From the sequence record MZ501103: DNA of 64,000 nt; one strand, written 5' to 3'. This document shows positions 38,484-48,490 of this stretch, one piece after another. Numbering within the stretch: position 1 is the first letter of the stretch; each line of letters begins with the position of its first letter. The stretch is from Escherichia phage SelmaRatti. The notes under the pieces are model-generated. The model saw nothing but the letters and a program-made list of their open reading frames with translations, did not search any database and was not told the DNA's origin. The position numbers and the translations under genes are program-made.

Positions 38484-39080
38484 ATGACTAATAAAAAAGA
38501 AGAAAAGACTAACCTGTTTCACTCCATTCGCCAATCTAATGAGTATACCTTTTTCTTTGATGAAGAATTAGGTCCGCCGGATGAATACCGTGATTTATCA
38601 ATGGTACTTATGCAAGCAAATGAGAACGACGAAATTAATCTGATGATTAATGGTCCAGGTGGTTATGTTGATACTGCTGCACAGTTATCTAACTTAATTG
38701 CTAATTGCCGTGGAACAGTTATAGGGCATCTGGTTGGTCCTAGTGCTTCTGCTTACTGCACAATCTTCCTATCTTGCCACGGTTGGGTAGTACATCCGCA
38801 TGCTACGCTAATGGGACACACGTTCTCTGGGGGGTTCTGCGAGAAAGGTCAAGAAATCAAGAAAGCCTATGAATCTTACAACAAGTTCGTAGAAGATATG
38901 ATGCTAGATGTCTACTATCCATTCTTCTCAATAGATGAAATCGACGAGATGGTAAAAGACAACAAAAATATCTATCTAGATAGCAAGGAAATCCATAAGC
39001 GTATTGAAATCTTGGCAAAATATCGATCTGAGCAATATAATAAAGCCCAGTTACCTCAATTCGAGGAGCATAAAGAATAG
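38484..39080 (+). CDS. ClpP/S14-S49-like serine peptidase homolog
   Basis: MINGPGGYVDTAAQLSNLIANCRGTVIGHLVGPSASAYCTIF resembles the ClpP INSPGG core. Confidence 0.55.
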   Translation: MTNKKEEKTNLFHSIRQSNEYTFFFDEELGPPDEYRDLSMVLMQANENDEINLMINGPGGYVDTAAQLSNLIANCRGTVIGHLVGPSASAYCTIFLSCHGWVVHPHATLMGHTFSGGFCEKGQEIKKAYESYNKFVEDMMLDVYYPFFSIDEIDEMVKDNKNIYLDSKEIHKRIEILAKYRSEQYNKAQLPQFEEHKE

Positions 39081-39092
39081 TAAGTAGTTTTA

Positions 39093-39124
39093 AGCCAGGG
39101 TTTAACGACCCTGGCTTTTCTTTT
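39093..39124 (+). terminator. rho-independent terminator
   Basis: AGCCAGGG-loop-CCCTGGCT hairpin then TTTCTTTT. Confidence 0.7.
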
Positions 39125-39145
39125 AAGAAAAATAAGGAAAAATAA

Positions 39146-39682
39146 ATGTTAACACAGAAGGAATTAAAAAGAAAGATAGAGTACAACCCAGAAACAGGAG
39201 AGTTCTTTAGGAAGCTGAAAAGTGGTAAAAAGTTAATAAATAATAGACCTAACAAAGATGGGTATATTTTAATAGGAGTTGCAGGGGGTGGAGTGCCACA
39301 ACAACTAGCCCATCGATTAGCTTTCCTTTACATGACTGGAAAAATACCAAAAATCGTTGACCATATTAATAGAAATACAGGAGATAATCGTTGGTGTAAT
39401 CTTAGAGACGCTACTCCACAACAAAACAGCAGAAATAGAAAGTCTAATAATAAGTCAGGATACTTAGGTGTATTTTGGAGTAAGGTTGCACAAAAATGGC
39501 AAGTACAAGTAACTGGATCAAACGAAGAGCTAGTATACGGAGGGTTATTCGAATACTTGGAACTGGATAAAGCAGTCGAAAAAGCAAATGAGCTAAGATT
39601 ACAGTACCATGGTTCTAGGGCAATGGTAGAGGTTTTCGATAATACACGACCGTTACCGCCTATTAAGGGATTAAATATGTGA
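39146..39682 (+). CDS. HNH homing endonuclease with AP2-like DNA-binding domain
   Basis: VDHINRNTGDNRWCNLRDATPQQN HNH motif; paralogs at 41873, 45342, 60574. Confidence 0.7.
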   Translation: MLTQKELKRKIEYNPETGEFFRKLKSGKKLINNRPNKDGYILIGVAGGGVPQQLAHRLAFLYMTGKIPKIVDHINRNTGDNRWCNLRDATPQQNSRNRKSNNKSGYLGVFWSKVAQKWQVQVTGSNEELVYGGLFEYLELDKAVEKANELRLQYHGSRAMVEVFDNTRPLPPIKGLNM

Positions 39683-39811
39683 TCCAACCCCCGGATATAA
39701 AGTATACTTGACATTACGCAAAAAATTTTGTGCTCCAGAAGTGATCTTTAAAAACACATTGTAATTTTCCTCCAAAATTAGTATAATGGTATTGGTTAGA
39801 GGAGGTTACAA

Positions 39812-40468
39812 TTGGAAAAGTTCTTACAATTATTAACGGTACTGCTCCAAGAAGCGAAAGATCCAGCATCGCTTCTTAAACGTCTGCTAACTATCTTAGT
39901 TGCTGTCATTATTTTCTTGTTTGTAAGTAACACTAGCGAGGTGATGTCATTTTTAAAGACTTTCTCCACGTCTTCGGTTTTACAGGATGTTCAAACCCAA
40001 AGGATAGATAACTTTCCTAATGTAGCACGAGAAAAGAGCATGGTACTCTTTTCTCAAACGGGTGCGGATGCTGTTTTTGTCGTCAAGTATAAACCCGATG
40101 CCATTAATGATTATTCTAACATTATTGCATGGGAAAGCAATGCGCAATTAGATAGGGCTGACTTGGCCGATAAAGCGGTAAATAAAACGTCTGAGCTATA
40201 TAGACGTCACTTGGAAGGCTTTAACTACGCATCGGATTTAAGTGTAAAAGTAAATAAATACATGGGGTTAAATATACCTGCGTTTAAGAACGTTACTTTT
40301 AATTACATATACACTTGTCCGTATTTCAATCTAAACAATATCTATGCTGGATATATTGGTATTGCTTGGAAAGATAATCCTGTAGATGCAGCCGATTCTG
40401 AACAGTTCAAGGAATATTTAGCAAAGCTCTGTTCCCCACAACAGAGATCTTTAGGTAGGTCAATATGA
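39812..40468 (+). CDS. holin candidate (218 aa)
   Basis: TM segment LLTILVAVIIFLFV; directly upstream of and overlapping the endolysin gene. Confidence 0.55.
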   Translation: MEKFLQLLTVLLQEAKDPASLLKRLLTILVAVIIFLFVSNTSEVMSFLKTFSTSSVLQDVQTQRIDNFPNVAREKSMVLFSQTGADAVFVVKYKPDAINDYSNIIAWESNAQLDRADLADKAVNKTSELYRRHLEGFNYASDLSVKVNKYMGLNIPAFKNVTFNYIYTCPYFNLNNIYAGYIGIAWKDNPVDAADSEQFKEYLAKLCSPQQRSLGRSI

Positions 40469-40878
40469 GTTTTAAATTTGGTAAAAATAGCGAAAAACAA
40501 TTAGCTACTGTTAAGCCAGAGCTACAAAAAGTAGCTCGTAGGGCTTTAGAATTATCTCCATATGATTTCACGATCGTACAGGGTATTCGTACAGTAGCAC
40601 AAAGTGCCCAGAATATTGCTAATGGTACTTCATTTTTAAAAGATCCTAGTAAAAGCAAGCATATTACTGGGGATGCTCTTGATTTTGCTCCATATATTAA
40701 TGGCAAAATTGATTGGAATGACTTAGAAGCATTTTGGGCAGTTAAAAAGGCTTTTGAACAAGCTGGTAAAGAGCTAGGCATTAAACTTCGTTTTGGTGCT
40801 GATTGGAATGCTTCGGGAGACTATCACGATGAAATAAAACGTGGTACCTATGATGGCGGTCATGTAGAACTAGTTTAA
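40465..40878 (+). CDS. endolysin, M15-family L-alanyl-D-glutamate peptidase-like
   Basis: 137 aa; HITGDALDF and DGGHVEL zinc-peptidase motifs. Confidence 0.75.
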   Translation: MSFKFGKNSEKQLATVKPELQKVARRALELSPYDFTIVQGIRTVAQSAQNIANGTSFLKDPSKSKHITGDALDFAPYINGKIDWNDLEAFWAVKKAFEQAGKELGIKLRFGADWNASGDYHDEIKRGTYDGGHVELV

Positions 40879-40888
40879 TTAATAACTT

Positions 40889-40914
40889 AGGCGGGAATAT
40901 TCCCGCCTTTTTAG
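40889..40914 (+). terminator. rho-independent terminator
   Basis: GGCGGGA-ATAT-TCCCGCC hairpin then TTTTT. Confidence 0.7.
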
Positions 40915-40955
40915 GCAAAGGGGGCTTTAATAATTTTTGAAGATAGGAGAAAGCC

Positions 40956-41372
40956 ATGTTTGCAGAACTATTCACTATGATGCTGCTAGGTATCTGGAAA
41001 ATAAGTCTAGTAGTATTCGTTTTAATGATAGTCTTTACTATCCTTGCATTAACTACCCGAAATAGCTTATTAATAAAGGTTATTCACGGACTAGAGTATA
41101 TAATTATGGGTTCATTCGGCGTTTGTAAATGCAATTGCCATAGAGATACGAAATATTGTTGGTTATGGATGGAACTAGAGAATCCTATATCCATAGCTTT
41201 GGCTGTTTCATTCGGTATGATTCTTATGGCCCTTACTCTAGCATTAATACCTTTGATGTTAGCTGGAGGAGTTACAGCGTATTTCACCCTTTTCTCCCCA
41301 ATAACTATGTACTCAATTTACCCAATAACTATGTATCTAGTTAGGAAAAGATTTATACATGTAGTAGATTAA
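40956..41372 (+). CDS. hypothetical polytopic membrane protein (138 aa)
   Basis: Several hydrophobic helices. Confidence 0.5.
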   Translation: MFAELFTMMLLGIWKISLVVFVLMIVFTILALTTRNSLLIKVIHGLEYIIMGSFGVCKCNCHRDTKYCWLWMELENPISIALAVSFGMILMALTLALIPLMLAGGVTAYFTLFSPITMYSIYPITMYLVRKRFIHVVD

Positions 41373-41447
41373 GATAAAAAAGTAGTTGACTTTTAGCCCT
41401 AGTTATTATATAATATATACATAAATTAGTTAAGAGAGGTATATATT

Positions 41448-41876
41448 ATGTCTGATCGTTTCTACACTCAAATGGCTGAACATTTTCGTATACCACATTA
41501 CGAGCTAAACATTGCACTCCGTGATCATGACTCTCCTGAGTACAAAAAGCTCGAAAAGAAAGCGGAAAAATCTATTGATACAAAGGTAGGTGCATCTATG
41601 TCTAAGGGCAAAAAGTTAACTCGTCTTGATCTTAATAAAATTTTAACTGAACTTTTGGGTACTGATATTGAAGGTGCTAAATTACCGCTTCTTGTACTAG
41701 AGACTATGATTAAAAAGGTCAAAAATAAAGAGTATAAAAAGGTAGAAGTCCCAGAAGGAAGATTGAAGGCTCCTTATCAGGAAGCATTAACCGAGTGTTT
41801 GGGTGTAAATCTTGATCTGAGCACCGCAACCGTAAAAACTATGAAAAACTTCTTAGAGGCCATTAATAAATTGTGA
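41448..41876 (+). CDS. hypothetical protein (142 aa)
   Basis: ORF after T5-type promoter. Confidence 0.5.
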   Translation: MSDRFYTQMAEHFRIPHYELNIALRDHDSPEYKKLEKKAEKSIDTKVGASMSKGKKLTRLDLNKILTELLGTDIEGAKLPLLVLETMIKKVKNKEYKKVEVPEGRLKAPYQEALTECLGVNLDLSTATVKTMKNFLEAINKL

Positions 41877-42379
41877 TTACTATGGAAAGATTATTAGAGG
41901 TACTAGAATATCATGAAGATGGTACTCTAACCTGGAAACCTAGACCGGAAGGTACAAGAGGTTGGAATACTAGCCTTAACAATATGCCTGCTGGGTCTAT
42001 TAATGCTGATGGCTATCTAATGCTCTCTATTGATGGAGAACGAATACTTGCGCATAGAGCAATCTTCTTTATGCACAAAGGCTATTTACCTGATATAGTA
42101 GATCATGATGATACCAATACGCTAAACAATCGTATTGGTAACTTAATAGAAGCTACAAAAGCTCAAAATGCTTTTAATAGGAAATCGGCTAATAAAAATA
42201 ACCTATTGGGATTAAAAAACATATCTCAAAGAGGGAAGTCTTTTAGAGTAAAAATCTCTAGGGCAGGAATCAATTATATGAAAACGTGCAGTTCTTTGGA
42301 AGAAGCAATTGCATGGAGAGATAAAAAACTAGAAGAACTCCACGGTGAGTTTGCCAGCAAAGGAAATAAAAATGTCTAA
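41873..42379 (+). CDS. HNH homing endonuclease (AP2-like)
   Basis: IVDHDDTNTLNNRIGNLIEATKAQN; paralog of 39146 and 45342. Confidence 0.65.
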   Translation: MITMERLLEVLEYHEDGTLTWKPRPEGTRGWNTSLNNMPAGSINADGYLMLSIDGERILAHRAIFFMHKGYLPDIVDHDDTNTLNNRIGNLIEATKAQNAFNRKSANKNNLLGLKNISQRGKSFRVKISRAGINYMKTCSSLEEAIAWRDKKLEELHGEFASKGNKNV

Positions 42380-42662
42380 ATTAGTCTATCTATTAAAAGG
42401 TTCCACTTGTAACCCATGTAAACTTTTCGAACCAGTATTTGATAAAGTAGTCAGCGACTATAATTTGGAAATCCATAAAGAGACTGATAATACAGAATTA
42501 ATGCAGAAATTTGGTGTGCGCCAAGTTCCTGTAGTAGTTCTGGCAGATCGCTTACCTAATGGTCGAGTAGAAGCTAACCATATTTTGATTGGACGTCAGC
42601 TTCGTAAAGAAACTATGCACGAAGCTATTAAAAATTTCCTGGATGATAACCCAGAGGATTAA
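42372..42662 (+). CDS. thioredoxin-fold protein (CxxC)
   Basis: GSTCNPCKLFEP active-site-like motif; start at ATG 42372. Confidence 0.55.
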   Translation: MSKLVYLLKGSTCNPCKLFEPVFDKVVSDYNLEIHKETDNTELMQKFGVRQVPVVVLADRLPNGRVEANHILIGRQLRKETMHEAIKNFLDDNPED

Positions 42663-42668
42663 TAAACA

Positions 42669-42700
42669 AAGCCTGATCAGCTAAGATCAGGCTTTTATTT
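42669..42700 (+). terminator. rho-independent terminator
   Basis: AAGCCTGATC-loop-GATCAGGCTT hairpin then TTTATTTT. Confidence 0.7.
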
Positions 42701-42759
42701 TACTTGCTTTTTACTAAAAATTTTGGTATAATACTTATATAAATTGATAGGAGGATTAA

Positions 42760-43005
42760 ATGTTAGCAGAGCAAGCAAAACGTTTAGCTAGGATAAATAG
42801 AGTTGCACTCTTTAAGAGCCGAAAGAAAACGTATAGATGGGTTGAGCGGAGGATAGTATCTTCTGTAGAGGCTGGGGGTTCTTTTATACAATTTAATCGT
42901 GATGAAATTAGTTATGAAGCTATAAAAGCCCTCTATAAAGATGGTTATACTCTCCAATTATCTAATGAGTATGGCACAACTATTTTAACTGTTATTTGGG
43001 AATAA
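42760..43005 (+). CDS. hypothetical protein (81 aa)
   Basis: ORF after T5-type promoter. Confidence 0.5.
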   Translation: MLAEQAKRLARINRVALFKSRKKTYRWVERRIVSSVEAGGSFIQFNRDEISYEAIKALYKDGYTLQLSNEYGTTILTVIWE

Positions 43006-43007
43006 TT

Positions 43008-43871
43008 ATGAAAAAAGAATTTAATGTGCATAAAACACTAGTAGTACCTGATGATGTTAATTTATTCTTTGTTGGTGATATTCATGGATGCAACGATTTA
43101 CTAGAAGATGCACTACAATTAGCTGGCTATAACGGCAAGAAAGACTGCGTTGTATGCGTGGGGGATTTAATTGATCGAGGCACGCAGAACCTACAAGTTT
43201 TAGCCAAATTCCTGTATAATCCACGCTTTATCAGTGTCCGTGGAAACCACGACCAGTTTATGATTGTGGGAGATTGGGCTAACTGGATGTATAATGGTGG
43301 TATGTGGGCTATGAATGAACTAGATGCAGATACCATTAAAAATATTGCCGAAGATATGGCTGAAAAACTTCCAGTATTTCTGACTGTGCTGCATCGTGGC
43401 AAGAAATTTGGTGTTGTTCATGGTGGTGTACCTTTTACATACAAAGAATGTGGTAACGAAGTAGAAACCCAAGTATGGGATAATCTTATTGCGCAAGTAG
43501 AAGCAGCTAAGGAAGACCCACATGACCATCCGGGATACCATGTTGAACCATATTTATGGGATCGAGATGTAATCCAAGAAATAGGCTTCTACTTGTCCAA
43601 AAATGGTGAGGAACACCCATATTTCCAGCGTTATGCAGGATTTAAAGAAAAATACATGGTAGAAGTGCCAGAAGTTAAGGGGGTAGATTTTGTGTTCCAC
43701 GGACACACTGGGGTTCCTTACCCACTTCTTTATAAAAACCGTGTTTATCTTGATACTGGCGGTGTTTTCAACGGGCAGTTGACGGTTGCGCAAGTTAATG
43801 ATGAAACTGGCAAAATCACAACATTTACCACGCTTCGCGAAGATAGCTGTGGCATACAGAGGATTCTTTAA
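43008..43871 (+). CDS. Ser/Thr protein phosphatase (calcineurin-like metallophosphatase)
   Basis: GDIHG, GDLIDRG and GNHD motifs. Confidence 0.8.
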   Translation: MKKEFNVHKTLVVPDDVNLFFVGDIHGCNDLLEDALQLAGYNGKKDCVVCVGDLIDRGTQNLQVLAKFLYNPRFISVRGNHDQFMIVGDWANWMYNGGMWAMNELDADTIKNIAEDMAEKLPVFLTVLHRGKKFGVVHGGVPFTYKECGNEVETQVWDNLIAQVEAAKEDPHDHPGYHVEPYLWDRDVIQEIGFYLSKNGEEHPYFQRYAGFKEKYMVEVPEVKGVDFVFHGHTGVPYPLLYKNRVYLDTGGVFNGQLTVAQVNDETGKITTFTTLREDSCGIQRIL

Positions 43872-44392
43872 TGAAAGTCTGCTTTTGGAGCGATCTACAC
43901 TTAGGACATGAAAATATTACTAAATTCAGACCAATCTTCTCTACTATGGAAGAGCATGATGAATTTATTATGGATACTATTACATCCATGAAAGATAAGC
44001 GTACAGTATTTTATATTTTAGGGGATGCATTTGTATCTAGAAATGGTTTGGAGAAATTCGAAAAACTCTTTAGTAATGTTAGAACTACATTAGTTTTGGG
44101 GAACCACGACTTAGAACGAGAAGGGTTATCTTTCAAAGACTTAGTGGGAGTTGTAGATAACGTACAATCCCTAGTTAAGTATAAAAACTTTTGGCTTTCC
44201 CATGCTCCAGTACATCCAGAAGAGTTAAGGGGCAAGAAGAACTTACATGGGCATACTCACTTTGAGTTAATGGGGGACCACCGTTATATTAACGTTTGTG
44301 TAGAGTATGCAAAATCACCAGTACGCCTGGAAGACATCATGAATGGTAAGTACACTTCTCATGATAAAACTAGCTGGATGTTAAATGTCTAA
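43871..44392 (+). CDS. metallophosphoesterase
   Basis: SDLHLGH, GDAF, GNHD and GHTH motifs. Confidence 0.65.
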   Translation: MKVCFWSDLHLGHENITKFRPIFSTMEEHDEFIMDTITSMKDKRTVFYILGDAFVSRNGLEKFEKLFSNVRTTLVLGNHDLEREGLSFKDLVGVVDNVQSLVKYKNFWLSHAPVHPEELRGKKNLHGHTHFELMGDHRYINVCVEYAKSPVRLEDIMNGKYTSHDKTSWMLNV

Positions 44393-44500
44393 GTATATAG
44401 CTGAGGTTATTATTAAACGAATTATACAGGCGATAGCAATACTTATAATCATTTGTATTGCTATTGGCACAGGATTAGGCATTTTAATTGAAAGTTTTAT

Positions 44501-44529
44501 TTGCTAAAATGCCTAAGTTTCTGTATAAT
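44501..44529 (+). promoter_or_regulatory. T5-type early promoter
   Basis: TTGCTA-17-TATAAT then TTTATAAATTGATGAG. Confidence 0.65.
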
Positions 44530-44559
44530 TACTTTATAAATTGATGAGAAGGAATCAAA

Positions 44560-44991
44560 ATGAACAAAGTTGATAAAGCTCTAGTTTTCGCAGCAGCAGA
44601 TAAGTTTGAACAAGTTAAGGCAACTTTCCGAACCTTGTTCCAGTCTTACGTTCAGGATAAGTCTAATCCTATCTCTGAACGTTTGATGGTCTGGGAATGT
44701 CATGCATGCAATGCCTTATTAATTGCTGATTATCGTAGCGATATAGATAAAGATCTGTGCGAAATTCTTATCGCTGAGGAGGCAGAACGTTATCAGTTAA
44801 TCTCTTTCCAAGATTTGGCAGAGCATATCATTCCCGATGATCTTTGGGATAAATACTATGGTGATCCTGAAGATGAAGGAATGACTCCAGAAGCATGCAT
44901 TGAGCTGATCTGCAAAGATCATCCTGAAATTGCAGAGAAATTTGAAAAAGTTTTTGCTTCTGAGTTCTCCGGCGTTGTTAACGATTGGTAA
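44560..44991 (+). CDS. hypothetical acidic protein (143 aa)
   Basis: ORF. Confidence 0.5.
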   Translation: MNKVDKALVFAAADKFEQVKATFRTLFQSYVQDKSNPISERLMVWECHACNALLIADYRSDIDKDLCEILIAEEAERYQLISFQDLAEHIIPDDLWDKYYGDPEDEGMTPEACIELICKDHPEIAEKFEKVFASEFSGVVNDW

Positions 44992-45051
44992 GTAATTAAA
45001 AAATTCAGTTGCTTTAAGCCTTAAAATTCTGTATAATAAGTTCATAAATTA

Positions 45052-45345
45052 ATGAGAGAGGAAATTCTAATGGAAAACATGACTAAAGACTTCGACGCCT
45101 CTAACCTTACCAAGACTGAAATGGCCAATGTATTAGCAATTCTTCTCGACATGCAAGGATTTGAGGGGCAACTGATGAAAATGTCCATCCCAGCAATGAA
45201 AAAGATGTATGATTCTCTTAATAAGAACGCTATGGCCTTTAACTTAGCGAAACAAGAGGCACGATTTGCTAAAGAGCATCAAGCAGTGGCAGAACGCCGA
45301 GCAGCTAGCTTTGAGCGTGAAGTCAAGCAATTAAAGAAAAAATGA
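45052..45345 (+). CDS. hypothetical protein (97 aa)
   Basis: ORF after T5-type promoter. Confidence 0.5.
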   Translation: MREEILMENMTKDFDASNLTKTEMANVLAILLDMQGFEGQLMKMSIPAMKKMYDSLNKNAMAFNLAKQEARFAKEHQAVAERRAASFEREVKQLKKK

Positions 45346-45878
45346 TAACACAAGAAAGATTAAAAGAGCTATTTGAATACCGCCAGGAAACGGGCGAGTT
45401 TATAAGGAAAGTCAGTAGAGGGCGAGGTAAAGCAGGTAGTATTGCTGGTAGTCCTGATAAGGATGGTTATATATTTATTGGAATAAATAGAAAAAGATAT
45501 GCAGCCCATAGATTAGCCTTTTTGTATATGGAGGGGTATATTCCAAATCTAGTACACCACTTAAATAATATAAGAAAAGATAATAGATGGTGTAATTTAA
45601 AAGATTGTACGTCCCAAGAGAATAATCGTAGCAAAATCGCTCAATCTAATTCGGGGTACTTAGGAATTACTTGGAAAAAAGATAGACAACAATGGAGAGT
45701 CCAGGTCAGAAGCGCCGAAAGTATTACAGTACACGGAGGCTACTTTAGGTATCTAGATTTAGAGTTGGCAGTTCAAAGAGCTAATGAACTACGTTTAGAA
45801 CTACATGGGGCTAACGCTGTTATAGAAACTTTTGATCATACAAAACCCTTACCTACTTTAGAGGAATTAAATAAATGA
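45342..45878 (+). CDS. HNH homing endonuclease (AP2-like)
   Basis: LVHHLNNIRKDNRWCNLKDCTSQENN; paralog of 39146. Confidence 0.7.
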   Translation: MITQERLKELFEYRQETGEFIRKVSRGRGKAGSIAGSPDKDGYIFIGINRKRYAAHRLAFLYMEGYIPNLVHHLNNIRKDNRWCNLKDCTSQENNRSKIAQSNSGYLGITWKKDRQQWRVQVRSAESITVHGGYFRYLDLELAVQRANELRLELHGANAVIETFDHTKPLPTLEELNK

Positions 45879-46156
45879 TTACAGAAATTTTAATTGGGTT
45901 ACTAATTCTTACTACGCTAGTAGCGATTGGTGGAGTTATTGGGGTTGTAAACGCACGAAAAAACATGGAAAGTATGCTCATTACTAATGATGGATTACAC
46001 CACCGTTTGCTAGAGCAAGAGCAAGATATTGAATTAGCACAAAGACGCTCAGATATTCTTAAAGAAAAATTAAATAATATAGAAGCAATAATTGGGAATA
46101 ATAAATTACCCGCTAAAGTAATGCGTACACAGATAATCACGGAGATTAAAAAATGA
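45875..46156 (+). CDS. hypothetical membrane protein (93 aa)
   Basis: N-terminal TM helix. Confidence 0.45.
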   Translation: MITEILIGLLILTTLVAIGGVIGVVNARKNMESMLITNDGLHHRLLEQEQDIELAQRRSDILKEKLNNIEAIIGNNKLPAKVMRTQIITEIKK

Positions 46157-46395
46157 TGTTTATTCTAGCATTTTATATAATCGTGGTAGGGGTTCTAGTT
46201 ACTAAGTACCATACATGGGCACCAAAGAATGTAGCTAAGGTAGCATTATTTGTTATTCCAGTTCCCCTTGTTATATTTTCTATGCTACTAGTGATGTTAA
46301 TCGGTAAAGTGACGAAGACCGATGTTAAGCGCATTGCTGACGAATTGCAACAGTCCTGTGATATGATTGAGGATATTATTAAAGATGAAACTTAA
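46153..46395 (+). CDS. hypothetical membrane protein (80 aa)
   Basis: Two TM helices. Confidence 0.45.
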   Translation: MMFILAFYIIVVGVLVTKYHTWAPKNVAKVALFVIPVPLVIFSMLLVMLIGKVTKTDVKRIADELQQSCDMIEDIIKDET

Positions 46396-46711
46396 TTTCA
46401 ATGAGTTAAATACTTTGCATGAGCTGTTACAGTTTGTAAATAATAATATTAGTATTCCAGATGATACACTAGAAGTTCTCATGTTAATAGAGAAAAAGGT
46501 AGGGGTTGAAATTGAGGATTCTTGGAAACCACTTTCTACATTAACACCTCTCAAAATGAAGGTGGTTGTTAAAAATATTGAAACTGGAGAAGAACGTGAG
46601 ATGGTTCGTACAGAACTAGCGAATAGTTACTCTCCAACGTCTGTAGTGATGCAACATGATGGTGTTTCCGAAGTTCTACAGACAGCTAATTACGTATGGC
46701 GTCTCCCATGA
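46367..46711 (+). CDS. hypothetical protein (114 aa)
   Basis: ORF; true start may be the internal Met. Confidence 0.45.
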   Translation: MRILLKMKLNFNELNTLHELLQFVNNNISIPDDTLEVLMLIEKKVGVEIEDSWKPLSTLTPLKMKVVVKNIETGEEREMVRTELANSYSPTSVVMQHDGVSEVLQTANYVWRLP

Positions 46712-46810
46712 TTGATTTAGTACCAATTACTGCTGGGCTAATAGCATTATTAGTGCTAGCAGTTTTCATTATTGTGGAGCAGGCCAAAGTAATAAGGAGA
46801 CTTAAAAACA

Positions 46811-47011
46811 ATGATAAAACGTATTGTTTATCAGACACCAAAGATTGTAACTGAGTATTTTGTATTACTGCCTCAGATTGTATTTCTAACAGCATTATTT
46901 AATATACTTTTTCGACATCTAGGAATAACGGAAAATATATTCTATACTTCTGGGTTACTTCCTTTTATGTACGAAGGCATCATTATGGCAATTAACGGGG
47001 TTCGTAAATGA
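46811..47011 (+). CDS. hypothetical small membrane protein (66 aa)
   Basis: Hydrophobic ORF; an unlisted 49-aa TM ORF lies at 46708-46857. Confidence 0.4.
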   Translation: MIKRIVYQTPKIVTEYFVLLPQIVFLTALFNILFRHLGITENIFYTSGLLPFMYEGIIMAINGVRK

Positions 47012-47469
47012 CAGCACTACAACAACTACAGAATTACTGGTTTGATAACCAATTTAACGATCTCTTCATCCAGTTGTTTGTCGAAACGAACGGACGCTTC
47101 AACTACCGATTCTTTAATAAGTTTCACGAAACAAAATTCTCACATACAGAAATTAATGCAGCAATCCAAGACCTAACTGGTTCTAAAGTAATTCAGTATC
47201 GTGAAGTAGACTTCACACCAGATTGTTTTGGGTTTGAATTGTTTAAGAAAGCGTATAAATTTGGTAAGTTTGAGGATGCTCGTCAATGGGTTCATGATTT
47301 CTGGTACAACACCGATATTGTCCCTAGTCGCGTGCTGATTCTTAACTGGATTGCTAAGCAACATCCACCTAAAACGCAATCATCCTTCTTACCGACTGAC
47401 ACAGGAAACCTCTACCATGACAGAAAAGAAAAATCCATTATTGGAGCAGATGAAGGAGTGGGAGAGTAA
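47008..47469 (+). CDS. hypothetical protein (153 aa)
   Basis: ORF. Confidence 0.5.
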   Translation: MTALQQLQNYWFDNQFNDLFIQLFVETNGRFNYRFFNKFHETKFSHTEINAAIQDLTGSKVIQYREVDFTPDCFGFELFKKAYKFGKFEDARQWVHDFWYNTDIVPSRVLILNWIAKQHPPKTQSSFLPTDTGNLYHDRKEKSIIGADEGVGE

Positions 47470-47788
47470 TATTGAAACTGGTCTAATAGACGGTGAAGAT
47501 ATTGTCAACTCCATGCTAGAAGTAACAGTAGATAATATTAATCCTATTTTGGCTGGAGAAACCTCAGATCTTATAGGACTCTCTAGCACATTTGATTCTT
47601 TGGCTAAATTAGCTTTAGACGATGAAGAGATAACTAAAGAAGATCTCGCTACAGCTATGAATATGGCTATTAATGCTTACATCGGTAAACGTACTGATGA
47701 ACTTGGTAAACAGATCAATAAGCGTGATGCTACGCTAGGTCTTATGGAAACGGCCACTATGTTAAGAAGTGGTAAACAACTTCATTAA
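47351..47788 (+). CDS. hypothetical acidic protein (true start probably internal Met near 47417)
   Basis: ORF overlapping upstream gene. Confidence 0.45.
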   Translation: MLSNIHLKRNHPSYRLTQETSTMTEKKNPLLEQMKEWESNIETGLIDGEDIVNSMLEVTVDNINPILAGETSDLIGLSSTFDSLAKLALDDEEITKEDLATAMNMAINAYIGKRTDELGKQINKRDATLGLMETATMLRSGKQLH

Positions 47789-47794
47789 TTTTAG

Positions 47795-47828
47795 GAGGCC
47801 AGAACAACTAAGTCCTGGCCTTTTATGT
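47795..47828 (+). terminator. rho-independent terminator
   Basis: GGCCAG-loop-CTGGCC hairpin then TTTTATGTTTT. Confidence 0.65.
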
Positions 47829-47844
47829 TTTCAAGGAACTTCAA

Positions 47845-48048
47845 ATGCAAGTATATGTCCTTACTAGAGATATAAATGAGTATAATCAGGATGGTGAGTA
47901 TTTTGTAAAAGTATTCGCTGAAAAGCCAAGTAAACAACAATTATTAGATGCGGGGGTACCCGAAGACCAGGCTAAGTGTATACTACAAGATAAAGAGTTT
48001 ACCGGGGATGCTTACGAATGTTTCTACCTTAACTGTGAGACTATTTAA
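47845..48048 (+). CDS. hypothetical protein (67 aa)
   Basis: ORF. Confidence 0.45.
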   Translation: MQVYVLTRDINEYNQDGEYFVKVFAEKPSKQQLLDAGVPEDQAKCILQDKEFTGDAYECFYLNCETI

Positions 48049-48490
48049 TATGAGAGAGAAAGTAAATGAATTATTAATCGAGGAAGCTAACAACTTTCCA
48101 ATAAATAGATTCATTAAATCGGATGGATCTATTAATAGAACTAAGATTAAGCAGCTACATCCCGACTTTCAACAAGAAGCACTAAACCTTATATTTATCA
48201 AGAAAGCTGTTGCAGTTCATGGAGCTTTCTTTGGGTATGAACGTGTAAATTATAAGACAATGCAACAGCAAGTCGAGATCTACTGCCCGGACCATGATGG
48301 TTATTACTGGCAAACTGCTAGATCTCATTTAGAAGGGCACGGTTGTCGACTGTGTGCACACAAGGTTGTGCAGCGTGTCACGGATTATGGAACTTATACC
48401 GTGCCATCATGTTACCATAAATTTGTAATTGACGATAATCATATAGTTTGGTATAATAAGTTTTCAAAGTTAAGAATGGAGATAAAATAA
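47948..48490 (+). CDS. hypothetical protein with Cys/His cluster (true start probably Met near 48050)
   Basis: CPDHDGYYWQTARSHLEGHGCRLCAHK putative zinc-binding segment. Confidence 0.45.
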   Translation: MRGYPKTRLSVYYKIKSLPGMLTNVSTLTVRLFNMREKVNELLIEEANNFPINRFIKSDGSINRTKIKQLHPDFQQEALNLIFIKKAVAVHGAFFGYERVNYKTMQQQVEIYCPDHDGYYWQTARSHLEGHGCRLCAHKVVQRVTDYGTYTVPSCYHKFVIDDNHIVWYNKFSKLRMEIK

